This document shows, one piece after another, positions 43,434 through 53,048 of a stretch of 60,609 bases of DNA. Each line of letters begins with the position of its first letter. The first letter of the stretch is position 1. The DNA is from a virus. Lineage: Duplodnaviria > Caudoviricetes. Location: positions 1-60,609 of the IMG/VR virus record IMGVR_UViG_3300027749_000121. One strand, given 5' to 3'. Under the pieces are notes generated by a model. It was given only the letters and a program-made list of their open reading frames with translations, searched no databases and was not told the DNA's origin. The position numbers were made by a program, and so were the translations under genes.

Positions 43434-44663
43434 TTATGCCATGTTATAAATAGCCAAGTCTGCCAGACCAGCAGGGCGCTCATCAACCGAGCCGCCTTTA
43501 GCAAATAGTTTACTAGCGCCCAAAGCCGCTGTTCCTAAACCGGCTACTTGCGACACCATAGAAGGCGCTGCTTGATAAATCGTACTGGACTGTTGAGTCA
43601 ATGGCAAACCACGGAGCATGTCAGACATGAAACCTAACTGCTTGTATGGGTAGTTCTGGTAGTTTTGGAAGTCCTGCATCTGCTGATTCAGGATGTTTTG
43701 CGTTTGCTGCTGTTGCATGCCGCCATACTGACCTTGCAGTTGGTTGATGCCCATCATCTGGTTATAGGACGTGTTACCCAAATTACTCAGTTGACCCGCA
43801 CCTGTCAGTGCTGTCTGCAAGCCTTGAAGCCCTAAACCTGCACCGTATTGGCGCGACTGCTCGGCAAGTTGCTGCGCTGTCATGTTTTGCTGTTGGTTGG
43901 CTAATTGGGCTTGCATGTTCTGCCCAGCGCCTAATTGTTGTACACCTAGTTTGGCTTGTAAGTTTTGGCCGCCCGTGGTGATACCAGCTTGTTGATTAGC
44001 CAGTTGAGCCTGTAAGCGTGCGGCTTGCTCAGCATTAAATTGCTGTTGGCCTTGGCTGTATGCGGCTTGCTGACCTTGCGCAAAGATGTCGCCTTGTTGA
44101 CGAGCCAGATTGTTACGCGCTTGACCACGCATGAGGTAGTCGCCACTGCCACCAAACGCACCACTGCGGGCGGCTTGGGCTTGCTGAGTTTGTCCTGCAA
44201 TAGCCGCTTGACGCGCAGCGTCTTGCTGTTGACGTTGAACCACATTGGACATGTACGGCGACATGTAGGCTTCGGCCATTCCGGGACGCGTATAAGACTG
44301 AGTGCCCACACGTTCCGCGTCACCCATCTGGTAGTACTGCAAGTCAGGGCTATTGATGTTATATGCAGAGAAAGCGGCAGGGTTGTAGTTGCCGTAATTC
44401 ATGGCGGCTTGTGAGGCCAAACCAGTCAGATCAGACGCTTGCTGAATCTGCGGAGACACTTGCATGTTCTGCGCACCCGTAAAGGCTTGCTGCTGCAAAG
44501 GTGTAAATTGCGCAACTTTGTCCCCCATGTACTGCATGTAGGGATTGCTATTGACATCGGTAACCGCTGCGGCTTGACCTAGCAGATCCTGAACGTACGG
44601 CTTAGCGTAGTCAGGAAGGGAGGTCTGCGATATGTTCGTTTGTGTTGGTACTATGTCAGCCAT
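43434..44663 (-). CDS. Q/A/G-rich DNA pilot/ejection protein
   Basis: YMSPY, GAFGGS, Q-rich, C-terminal GLGTAALG. Confidence 0.75.
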   Translation of the reverse strand: MADIVPTQTNISQTSLPDYAKPYVQDLLGQAAAVTDVNSNPYMQYMGDKVAQFTPLQQQAFTGAQNMQVSPQIQQASDLTGLASQAAMNYGNYNPAAFSAYNINSPDLQYYQMGDAERVGTQSYTRPGMAEAYMSPYMSNVVQRQQQDAARQAAIAGQTQQAQAARSGAFGGSGDYLMRGQARNNLARQQGDIFAQGQQAAYSQGQQQFNAEQAARLQAQLANQQAGITTGGQNLQAKLGVQQLGAGQNMQAQLANQQQNMTAQQLAEQSRQYGAGLGLQGLQTALTGAGQLSNLGNTSYNQMMGINQLQGQYGGMQQQQTQNILNQQMQDFQNYQNYPYKQLGFMSDMLRGLPLTQQSSTIYQAAPSMVSQVAGLGTAALGASKLFAKGGSVDERPAGLADLAIYNMA

Positions 44664-44673
44664 GATCTAATCC

Positions 44674-47394
44674 TTACGCGGGAAGGTATTTGTCAGCACG
44701 GCTGTTAGCCGCTACTTTGTTTTTGCCTGTGGTCTTGCCGCGCGCACGTTGCACACGATCCATCATGGCGTAGAGCTTCTTGGCTCCAGCATCTGTTGAG
44801 CCGTTACCCAGTTCAGACACAATGCGTGCAGGCACTACAAACTCACCATCGGCAAGGCGTGCGGGCTGTTGCTTCTGGCCAATCGTTGCGGGGATGCTGT
44901 CAGACACGCCATCACCGGGGCCTTTGAGCAAACGGCCACCATCAGAGTAGCTACCCAAAGAACCGAGGCCGCCACCTACGGCGTACATAGGCATACCGCC
45001 AGCCGCAAACCCGCCCGTGCTGGAAGAGTCTTGTTGTGTACTTGCGGCTTTATCGGCGGCGGCTTTATCTGCTACAGCTTTATCTGCTGCGGCAGTAGCC
45101 TGTTTAGCCTTGGCTGCGCGCCATTTTGCTGCTACCTGAGAAAGCGATACGCCAGTAGCCGCCGCAATTTCTTGCGGGGTTAGGTTGTTTTCAACTGCCC
45201 ATGCGTAGGTGGTTGCGTCATCTTGACCTTGGTTCTTTTTAAAGTATTGGAAGATTTCCGATGGCGACATCAAGTAGTTCACACCGCCTGATGGGTCTTT
45301 GTACTCGGCCACGTAGTCAGGGTTGCGAATATATTTGCCCGTAGCTTGATCGTACGTGTACTGTCTATTGGTACTGGCTGGGTAGCCAAGCGTGGCTTCT
45401 GCGTAAGGACGAGCGATCTCGCCCACACCAGACTTGGTCGGGTATGCGCCCTTACCCATAAGGTAGTTGTACGCTGCCATGGAATCACCAGTTTGCTGGT
45501 TGAATTTAGCGTTGTAGTATTTGTCTTTGGCTTGGTCTGGGCTAATGTTAAGAAGCTGCGCTGCTGTCTCTGGGGGCAGACCAATTTTGTCAAGGAAGTT
45601 AACGTGATCCAATTCTGTAGCTGTTGGGTTTTGAATACCAAACTGGCTGTACAGATCAAGCTTGGCTTTGTCTGCGGCTGTCTTAGCAGCGGCTTTGTCT
45701 GCAATTTGCTGTTTGGCTAACGTCAGCGGGTTCGATGTAAACGCCGTCTTACCTGTAAAGTCTACAATCGGGCCTTGTGTGCCAGTCGACGCCATTGTGC
45801 CTGTGCCTTGGTATGTACCTTGGCCAACTGCGGTGCCAACAGCGGGGGCAACAGACGTATCACCAGCCACACCTTTGTATGTGCCGCTGGATGTGACTGA
45901 CACAGGTTTGACTGTGGAAGTGCCGTCGCCTGTGTAGTTCAGCGTTGTGTCAGCGCCAGCATCAACGCGAGGAAGTGTGGCTAAGCCAGCAGCAGCCGCG
46001 TCTTTAGCGGCTTGCTCAGCTTGCAATCGTTTTTCCAAAGCAATAGATTCAGCAGTGCTCATGCGTGGGATAACTTTGTATCCCATTTTCTTTTCATACT
46101 CTGTTTGCCACTCAGGGGTAGCCTCAAAACCTGAAGTTTCGGCCAGCTTTTTAGCAGTTGCGTACCCACCCAAAGTATCAAAAGCCGCTGTTGGCGCGCC
46201 TTGTGTAGAAGAACGATACAGCAACTCCAATGCTTCGTCTTGGGGTGTCTTAAACTTTTTAGCCAAATCAGACGTGTACCCACCAATATAGTCAGACATG
46301 GCTTTTTGTTGGCCAGCAGCAGTTGTCAAATCAGGAGCTACATACGCAGGGGCAGCGGCAGCAGTAACAACAGGAGCAGCGGCAGCAGTAACAACAGGAG
46401 CAGCGGCAGCGGGGGCTGTTGCGTATTTAGACATGATAGAAGCTAGACCAGCTTCATCACCGCCAGCTTTCATGTAGTTGGATGCAATCGTGTCGTAGAC
46501 TTGCTTACCACCAAGGTTAGCGTAGATGTTATTAAGATCCCCGCCTCCAGCCAAAGCCACAATACCGCCTTCATTGAAAGGCTTGTACGCAGGGGTGCCG
46601 TAATTGGCAGCAGGCACGGGGTTCAAACGGCGATATTGCCCATTTTGACCGTAAATGAATTGGTTGATGGTGTCTGTATTTTGTCCAATTTCAGGCATCT
46701 TTGTGGTTGTAGGAACCATAGCGCCAGCCATAATTGGTGCGGCAGCAGCGCCCAAATATTTAAAGTTATCTTTGGCAAAACTTAATGGGTCGTTTGCAAC
46801 AGAACCAAGTCCAGCAGACATTTTTGCCGCTGTGGACGCGTTTGTGCCTTGCGAGACAGCGTTTGACACGGCTTTATTTGCTTCAGTAACATATTCAGGA
46901 TTTACCGCACCGCCTTCTAACGTAGGAAGTATCCCACGCTCGGCCAAAGTGTCAGACATCATTTGACCAGAAGCCACGCCAGTAGCGTCAGCCGCAAGCG
47001 CGCCTGTTCCAGCGTTCATTAGTCCTTCACCCAACCCCGCGCCACCATAAGCGCCCAGTCCGGCCATGAGACCGCGGGACAAGCTGCCAGTAGCCAAGGT
47101 GGTAATGCCGCCAACAGTGGCTGCAGCCATACCCGCAGACATTAAACCACCACCAAAAGCCGCACCAGCAGGGCCTAAGAACGCGCCAAGGGCAATAGGG
47201 GCTACAGCCTTAAACAAGTCCGAAAGGAAGCCCGCTTCGGGTAAACCCGTATGCGGATTGATGGTCATTGTCGTGCCGTTAGCTTCGGCAAAAGCTTGTA
47301 GGCGCTGGACTTCGTCCGGCGTCATGTGTACAAGTAAAGAGTCGTCACCGCGACCGTGTGCGGCTACCTGTTCGGCAAACTTATGCAGGCTCAT
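44674..47394 (-). CDS. Internal virion/ejection protein
   Basis: GRGDDSLLVHM..INPHTGLPEA N-terminus; GPGDGVSDSIPA..LADGEFV C-terminus. Confidence 0.8.
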   Translation of the reverse strand: MSLHKFAEQVAAHGRGDDSLLVHMTPDEVQRLQAFAEANGTTMTINPHTGLPEAGFLSDLFKAVAPIALGAFLGPAGAAFGGGLMSAGMAAATVGGITTLATGSLSRGLMAGLGAYGGAGLGEGLMNAGTGALAADATGVASGQMMSDTLAERGILPTLEGGAVNPEYVTEANKAVSNAVSQGTNASTAAKMSAGLGSVANDPLSFAKDNFKYLGAAAAPIMAGAMVPTTTKMPEIGQNTDTINQFIYGQNGQYRRLNPVPAANYGTPAYKPFNEGGIVALAGGGDLNNIYANLGGKQVYDTIASNYMKAGGDEAGLASIMSKYATAPAAAAPVVTAAAAPVVTAAAAPAYVAPDLTTAAGQQKAMSDYIGGYTSDLAKKFKTPQDEALELLYRSSTQGAPTAAFDTLGGYATAKKLAETSGFEATPEWQTEYEKKMGYKVIPRMSTAESIALEKRLQAEQAAKDAAAAGLATLPRVDAGADTTLNYTGDGTSTVKPVSVTSSGTYKGVAGDTSVAPAVGTAVGQGTYQGTGTMASTGTQGPIVDFTGKTAFTSNPLTLAKQQIADKAAAKTAADKAKLDLYSQFGIQNPTATELDHVNFLDKIGLPPETAAQLLNISPDQAKDKYYNAKFNQQTGDSMAAYNYLMGKGAYPTKSGVGEIARPYAEATLGYPASTNRQYTYDQATGKYIRNPDYVAEYKDPSGGVNYLMSPSEIFQYFKKNQGQDDATTYAWAVENNLTPQEIAAATGVSLSQVAAKWRAAKAKQATAAADKAVADKAAADKAASTQQDSSSTGGFAAGGMPMYAVGGGLGSLGSYSDGGRLLKGPGDGVSDSIPATIGQKQQPARLADGEFVVPARIVSELGNGSTDAGAKKLYAMMDRVQRARGKTTGKNKVAANSRADKYLPA
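46352..46410. repeat. 24-bp tandem repeat x2.5 (AAAAPVVT linker)
   Basis: GCAGCGGCAGCAGTAACAACAGGA repeated exactly. Confidence 0.85.
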
Positions 47395-47395
47395 G

Positions 47396-47644
47396 TCAGA
47401 CCTTTATTTTTAAAGCATTCGATGTTGTGTCACGGTAAACATCTCCTACTCGGAGGTTAGCTAAATTAACCTGAGTTGGCAAGGTGTTTATGTTCAAGTT
47501 AATGCTTGCTCCCGCCAAAGGGCCGGGGGTATCTAGTTGGTTAAAGTACAGACGCAACACATTAACAAGCTTATCCATGTACTGTTGGTCATATTCTACC
47601 GGAGCAAGGGGTAAACTGGGTGCAACTACATTAGTTTGTGACAT
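47396..47644 (-). CDS. Small tail-associated protein
   Basis: LPLAPVEY..LRLYFNQL; synteny. Confidence 0.7.
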   Translation of the reverse strand: MSQTNVVAPSLPLAPVEYDQQYMDKLVNVLRLYFNQLDTPGPLAGASINLNINTLPTQVNLANLRVGDVYRDTTSNALKIKV

Positions 47645-47646
47645 CT

Positions 47647-49728
47647 TTATCTCCTACCATCAGGACGAATATCTATACGCGGTGCGCCAAGCTGCCAAGC
47701 CGTGTTAATTTGGTTTGACTCAACTTTGAAAATCATTTGGCGCCCGCGCATACGGGTAAAGATTTGCCCTGTGAATTCTTCGGTAATGTCGTATGCACTG
47801 CTGCTAGTTACCGGCTGGCTTGCACTGCTTGTTCTGCCAGAGCCTGAATTTGTCAAACCGTACAAAGTCATTGTGACTTTAGGCGCAGCGTTTGTTGGCG
47901 AGTTAGTAGAGTCACCAAAAGTCAAGTCTGGCAGTACGCGCCAGACAAAACCAAAGTTATGGCCGTCACCAATATCAAACTCAGACGAACTGATATATGC
48001 ACTGATCGCAGCATCCGTACCCGCAGTGTTATCATTTATGCCATCTTCATGGTAAACAATATTACCGGTAGTGGTGGAACTTGTATAAACAGCGGCAATC
48101 GGAAAAGACAAAAGGCCAGAGTCCAACCACGCTGTTCGTGACATCGTGCCGTAGTACCAAACTTTTTCAAGGTAGTTGTAAATAACGTACTTGTCAATAG
48201 CACTGCTACCAGCAGAGCAGTAGAACCACCAGACTTCATTAAAGCCTTCATTGGTACCGGAGAAGACTTGCAGTGACTGCTCTTGGTTCAAGTCTTGGAA
48301 CACGTAGCGGCGCAGGTCACAGTTAAGCGTCTGCACGCGGCCATCATAGGCATAGAACTTGTCCACGCCCATCCAGTACACAACACCCGAAGCAATCACA
48401 GCAGCGTTAGGACTCATGATGGAGATGTTGTCACCAAGGAGTTGCGGTGCCCACACATAAGGAGGGCCAAGATACTGAAGCGAGTACACGCTGGAATCCG
48501 TAATCACCACAATCTCTTGGCGAGTCTGAACCGTGGTTATGATCTGTGAGCCGTGAGAAAGCCGCACATACCCTGCTTGGTTTGTAGGATCGGGTGTCCA
48601 GTTATAAACGTCATTTTGTGCTGACCAACGAATCAACATTGGGTCAAGTACAGCGGAGTTATAGTCATTGCAGCCAAACACAATTACAAAACGTGAAGTG
48701 TCTGACACCGTGAGATTATTCTGTACTGTCGGCACGTCAACAATTAAAGACACAGAGCCCGAACCTGTAGATGTTGTGTTTACCACCGCACCTGCAGCAT
48801 TTAGTAAATTAAAAGTTAAACCGTTAACTTGATACACATAATATGTGGTTGCCGCAGACACGCCTGTAGGTAGTGAGCCGCCAGAAAATTGAAGGGCTGC
48901 GCCTTCTGTATACAGTACAGTTGAAGTTACAAGCGTTGGGGATGCGTTGGTAAACGTGACTGTACCGCCAAGAGAATTAAGCAAAACACCACGTGTGCTT
49001 ACGCTGTTTGATGCAGACCAGTAGTAAAGCCCGTATCCACGGGGGCCATAGACCAAATCTTGGCCATAATTCATTTGGTTCCACAAACGCAACTGACTTG
49101 TTGACGTACCACCATTACCCCATGTAGTACCTGTCTGCCCCCAAGTACCTGCGCCCCAACCAAGCAACGGAACAGGCGTTGCAGGGCCAACACCAATTTG
49201 ATATGCAGCCGAAACAGCCGCGCCGCCATAAGAGCCAGCAGTCAGTGCGGAAGCCACAGTAATCGTAAACGTTGTAGAACCTATTGTCTGAATTTGATAC
49301 TCGGCATTGAACGTGGAAGCATAAGTGCCAGTAGCCCCAGAAAACGTAACAAAACTACCCACAACAAGACCCGTAACAGAGGCAGTCACTGTGACTGTTG
49401 TTGTACCATTAGCAGTAAATGGGTTTGCGCCAAGCGTAACTGTGGATGCAATCGGGGTGATGTTGTAATACGCGCCGCCTTGGTTGAGGTAAAACTTAAG
49501 GTTTGTACCAACACCAATTAAATTTTGGCCAGCCAACGTTACCCAATTCCACAATGAACGGCAAACGCCTTGATAAGTACCACCTGAAATGGGTTGCCAG
49601 CCGCCAATAACTTCTGGAGTGCCTTGACGGAAACGAACTTTGTCGCACTCATACCATCCACCTTCGTTGGTATAGCGAGTATTCTCCCGGTTGACGCCCG
49701 GCTTAAACAGAACTTTTTGTAATGGCAT
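47647..49728 (-). CDS. Tail/DNA stabilisation protein (P22 gp10-like nozzle)
   Basis: 693 aa beta-rich; IRWS, VYWMG, NEVWWFY, C-terminal PDGRR. Confidence 0.75.
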   Translation of the reverse strand: MPLQKVLFKPGVNRENTRYTNEGGWYECDKVRFRQGTPEVIGGWQPISGGTYQGVCRSLWNWVTLAGQNLIGVGTNLKFYLNQGGAYYNITPIASTVTLGANPFTANGTTTVTVTASVTGLVVGSFVTFSGATGTYASTFNAEYQIQTIGSTTFTITVASALTAGSYGGAAVSAAYQIGVGPATPVPLLGWGAGTWGQTGTTWGNGGTSTSQLRLWNQMNYGQDLVYGPRGYGLYYWSASNSVSTRGVLLNSLGGTVTFTNASPTLVTSTVLYTEGAALQFSGGSLPTGVSAATTYYVYQVNGLTFNLLNAAGAVVNTTSTGSGSVSLIVDVPTVQNNLTVSDTSRFVIVFGCNDYNSAVLDPMLIRWSAQNDVYNWTPDPTNQAGYVRLSHGSQIITTVQTRQEIVVITDSSVYSLQYLGPPYVWAPQLLGDNISIMSPNAAVIASGVVYWMGVDKFYAYDGRVQTLNCDLRRYVFQDLNQEQSLQVFSGTNEGFNEVWWFYCSAGSSAIDKYVIYNYLEKVWYYGTMSRTAWLDSGLLSFPIAAVYTSSTTTGNIVYHEDGINDNTAGTDAAISAYISSSEFDIGDGHNFGFVWRVLPDLTFGDSTNSPTNAAPKVTMTLYGLTNSGSGRTSSASQPVTSSSAYDITEEFTGQIFTRMRGRQMIFKVESNQINTAWQLGAPRIDIRPDGRR

Positions 49729-49731
49729 CGG

Positions 49732-50175
49732 TCAATCCAGTAAGGCGCACTCAGCAGTGCGGCGTTTTAACAAGCCCGGCAGTACTTTGCCGCCACCTTT
49801 AGTCCAGAGCATCAGTTGTTCCTTGGCCCCGTCCCAATCATTGGCATTGATTTTCCTCTTTAACGTGCTTGTTTGCAAGCGTCCAGTGCCTAAGTTATAG
49901 CAAAAATCCACGATGGCATTGCACTTACGTACGTCTGTAATCAGGCCGGGACAGTTACGTAAAACACCGGGTAAGTACGTATGCTCAAGTTCAATCATTA
50001 AAAGCGCCCTAGCCGTGGGTTCATCCATCGGTGTATCTTCTAGCGTTACCTTGCGTTTGTCTGCGTAGTAGGTAGAGCCATAGCCAATCGTAGCTACGCC
50101 AGCCGGACAAAGGTAGGGCTTGGCCCGATACCCTTCATACCGGCGGCACAGTTCTGCGGCTAGTTCTAGGTTCAT
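49732..50175 (-). CDS. Endolysin, GH24 lysozyme
   Basis: EG..PY.CPAGV.TIGYG, YNLG, LPGL..RR.AE. Confidence 0.92.
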   Translation of the reverse strand: MNLELAAELCRRYEGYRAKPYLCPAGVATIGYGSTYYADKRKVTLEDTPMDEPTARALLMIELEHTYLPGVLRNCPGLITDVRKCNAIVDFCYNLGTGRLQTSTLKRKINANDWDGAKEQLMLWTKGGGKVLPGLLKRRTAECALLD

Positions 50176-50288
50176 TCTTGTTCAAAATGCTCTTGTTCGG
50201 CTTCTCTTGCCTCGTCTTCAAGAATCTCTTCAAACCCACAGGTGCATGGGCCGTCTTCGTGAACTAAACAATTGTTTGCGTGTGCCAT
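50172..50288 (-). CDS. 38-aa His/Cys, acidic peptide MAHANNCLVHEDGPCTCGFEEILEDE..., not in ORF track
   Basis: Fills the holin-lysozyme gap exactly (TAAATG and ATGA junctions). Confidence 0.6.
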   Translation of the reverse strand: MAHANNCLVHEDGPCTCGFEEILEDEAREAEQEHFEQE

Positions 50289-50783
50289 TTAAATACCCCT
50301 TTGCTTTAAAGTACGATCAAGAAACCAATAGTTAATTGTCCCAGACAACAGGGCTGAGAAGTCAGGTGTCATCATGGTCTTGAACACCTCTACGGCTGGA
50401 GCACCGCCAAGCCATGCGTTCCATGCAAACCATACGTGGATAAACGACCAGACAAATAGCACCCAGTATGTAACCACTGGACGGACAGATGCTGACAAAC
50501 TAGCCACCCAACCGCCTGCGGCCTTGACCATTTCGGCTTGCTGAGTGATGGCGTTGTTGAAGGCATCCATGACTCCTACGTCCATAGCGGCTTCTCTTTG
50601 AGCGCCGATCTCAGCCAACTTCTGCTGGCCACGCAGCGTTTCCAGTTCGCACTGACGGGCAAACATGTTGAGTTCATGCTCACGCTCGTTCTTCTTGTCA
50701 AAGAACTTCAGCACCTCGGGGGCCATACGAAAGATGCCGCCAAAGATGGAACCTAGCAAGCCCCCAGATAAAATATCAAGCAT
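50289..50783 (-). CDS. Holin-like membrane protein (GTA-type 3TM)
   Basis: SVRPVVTY, TM helices, WFLDR; beside endolysin. Confidence 0.7.
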   Translation of the reverse strand: MLDILSGGLLGSIFGGIFRMAPEVLKFFDKKNEREHELNMFARQCELETLRGQQKLAEIGAQREAAMDVGVMDAFNNAITQQAEMVKAAGGWVASLSASVRPVVTYWVLFVWSFIHVWFAWNAWLGGAPAVEVFKTMMTPDFSALLSGTINYWFLDRTLKQRGI

Positions 50784-50785
50784 GG

Positions 50786-51046
50786 TTATTCCCCACAGTG
50801 TTTACATTTGTGATGGCTGTCCCCATGCGAGAGCTTGACCCCCGCTAAGAGGCCAATAAAGCCACCGATGATGGTTTGGAAAGCTGGGTGGAGCATACTG
50901 AAGATTTCTGCATTGTCCACTTCCTTGGCCCATAGACCGAGCAGGAAGGCAGCAACCATACCAAGCACCGACAGGCAAAGCGTAGACGCTACCATCAAGG
51001 TTACAGAATAGGTTAATTTACCCACGACATCTTGGTTATGTTCCAT
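50786..51046 (-). CDS. Two-TM membrane protein
   Basis: Hydrophobic helices; PAFQTIIGGFIGLLAG. Confidence 0.7.
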   Translation of the reverse strand: MEHNQDVVGKLTYSVTLMVASTLCLSVLGMVAAFLLGLWAKEVDNAEIFSMLHPAFQTIIGGFIGLLAGVKLSHGDSHHKCKHCGE

Positions 51047-51054
51047 TTCAACCT

Positions 51055-51294
51055 CTATACGTACACGTCCAGTTTGCGGTTTGTAAAAATCTCAAGGCTA
51101 AGTTGATTGCGTTCGGCTTTCTTTACGTACAACTCAAACTCAAGATCATCAATTTTATCCTTCACCTTCTTCATCTTTAAAGCTTGCGCGTATTCTTCTT
51201 GCATACGTTCAGCCCTACGTTCAAGTGCGTCCGTTTTAGTCGGCTCGCCTCCCGGTTGTACCATGGGATACCACTTGTGAATTGGCGGAATCAT
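51055..51294 (-). CDS. Hypothetical protein
   Basis: Coupled in lysis region. Confidence 0.6.
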   Translation of the reverse strand: MIPPIHKWYPMVQPGGEPTKTDALERRAERMQEEYAQALKMKKVKDKIDDLEFELYVKKAERNQLSLEIFTNRKLDVYV

Positions 51295-51578
51295 TTCTTT
51301 TCACGCTCAAGTGCATCCTTATATCCATGTACTACCTTGTTTCTAAGCCATGTGGAGTCGGCTGTACCCGCCCACTCGGACAGGTTGTTCCAAATAACCA
51401 AGTAATCCGTTGATTTGCAATAGGCTGCGTTCTGATCTAGCCACGCCATCATCTCTTTGTGGCGCTCTGTAGGATCGTGCGTTGTGTAGCCAATTCCGTA
51501 AAATTCCCGGACATGACAGCCATTCTTGGCTACGGCTCCAACCAGCCCCAACAGCAGTAACAGAAGGAGCCAACGCAT
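51291..51578 (-). CDS. Secreted protein with signal peptide
   Basis: MRWLLLLLLLGLVGAVA; two Cys. Confidence 0.7.
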   Translation of the reverse strand: MRWLLLLLLLGLVGAVAKNGCHVREFYGIGYTTHDPTERHKEMMAWLDQNAAYCKSTDYLVIWNNLSEWAGTADSTWLRNKVVHGYKDALEREKK

Positions 51579-51581
51579 ATA

Positions 51582-51842
51582 TCATGCTAACTCTGGTATT
51601 TTCTTCTTGACCTTGGCGGTTATGAATGCTGTCGATGTGTCTCGATCAATTGTCATGTAGCCTTGGCAAGTGATGTTGTAGTCTACCCCGTTAGCGTCTT
51701 TCTCACTTTTGATTGGGGTCGTGATGTCAAGGTTCTTAAACAGAAACTCTTTACCGTTTTCAAATACGCGCCACACATGATCCGCTGTCCCACGACCTTC
51801 TTGCCCACGAGTTTTGTTAAACCTAATTTGGTACGTGTTCAT
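51582..51842 (-). CDS. Hypothetical protein
   Basis: IRFNKTRG..GRGT..HVWRVFE; coupled. Confidence 0.7.
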   Translation of the reverse strand: MNTYQIRFNKTRGQEGRGTADHVWRVFENGKEFLFKNLDITTPIKSEKDANGVDYNITCQGYMTIDRDTSTAFITAKVKKKIPELA

Positions 51843-52549
51843 ATAACTTCAGCAGGCGCTGGGCAAGTCTGCGGTTGTTGAACCACTGTCAAGTTAAAGT
51901 GAACAAATTTAATTGGTAAGTCAGCGGCGTGGCGTGTAAAAGAATGTGCCAACCATGAATTAGCAAAGATCATCATGCCCGACTTTGGCGTAAAGTTAAT
52001 CATTTTGCTTGCGGGTGTTGCCATATTTGTATTTTGTTCTGGCAAATCAATTTGTAATTTTCCTGCGCGTGGATCATGGAATACAGCCCGTGAGCAATTT
52101 TCAGGGGTTTCAAGAAAATAAAAACCAACAATTTGCGACCCATTAGCATGGATGTGAACATCCATTGCCGAGTGCTTGTGGTGTTCTTGCGTCCACATCT
52201 CAATAAAAGACACCGCCTTATCCTGCATGGCGTAGCCCTGCTCATTGAGAATGTTCCAAGCAGTAGCGCCTATAAACTCAGAAAAACCTGCTATACGAGG
52301 GTCAGCATAATAGTTACCGCTCATGCACACAGGGTACATTTCATCCAACTTACGTTCTTTACGCTGCACTGCGAGGCTTTCTTCAGACACCTCTTTAACT
52401 GCATTTAAAAAATCAGGACGCTCAACAAAGTAGATTGGGCAAGGAAAGAGATGCGCAACTTCAATCTGTGTGTTCTGAATAACTTCTGCTACAGATTCAG
52501 CCGCTTTACAGACTTTTACTTTAGTTTTTTTGGTGGCTGTTTTAGACAT
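51839..52549 (-). CDS. Putative 2OG-Fe(II) oxygenase (TIGR02466-like)
   Basis: LFPCPIY, HIH, FHDPR, IFANSWLAH, HFN. Confidence 0.85.
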   Translation of the reverse strand: MSKTATKKTKVKVCKAAESVAEVIQNTQIEVAHLFPCPIYFVERPDFLNAVKEVSEESLAVQRKERKLDEMYPVCMSGNYYADPRIAGFSEFIGATAWNILNEQGYAMQDKAVSFIEMWTQEHHKHSAMDVHIHANGSQIVGFYFLETPENCSRAVFHDPRAGKLQIDLPEQNTNMATPASKMINFTPKSGMMIFANSWLAHSFTRHAADLPIKFVHFNLTVVQQPQTCPAPAEVI

Positions 52550-52559
52550 TATGTATTCC

Positions 52560-53048
52560 TTAAGGCTGTATTACTTCCACCCAAGTAGCAGAAGCAATGT
52601 CAAGTCTATACGCTTTACCATCATCTGGACGTTGCGGACGCTCAACCCATGACGAAGTAGTTCCTTGCCAAAAATAATCTCCCGTTTCTGGGCGAGGTAC
52701 TGGTGGTTGGTATTTACACGTAGCTTCGTCAAACACCCAAGCAACATAGTTTTCTAGGTTGCCTCTTAAAGACCACACATCTTTAACAGATTGCTGTGTT
52801 ACCGTTTTTTCTTCAACCGTCATTTCACGCACAGTCCAAACATCCTTTACAACTCCGTCAACCCATTGGTATGAAACTTCATCAACTTGGTATGTGCCGG
52901 CAACCCTCGGATTTTCTACCCGTTCAAATGGCGCAAACTCTGGTGGTAGATTATCAGGGTCGATATGAGGAAACGCCTGTATAAAATTATCTTCAAAGAT
53001 TGGATGCTCAAATGGCTGACCATCGCGTATTTGTATAAAAAGTCTCAT
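52560..53048 (-). CDS. Tail fibre assembly/chaperone-like protein
   Basis: Follows fibre gene; WVFDEATC..PPVPRP. Confidence 0.6.
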   Translation of the reverse strand: MRLFIQIRDGQPFEHPIFEDNFIQAFPHIDPDNLPPEFAPFERVENPRVAGTYQVDEVSYQWVDGVVKDVWTVREMTVEEKTVTQQSVKDVWSLRGNLENYVAWVFDEATCKYQPPVPRPETGDYFWQGTTSSWVERPQRPDDGKAYRLDIASATWVEVIQP

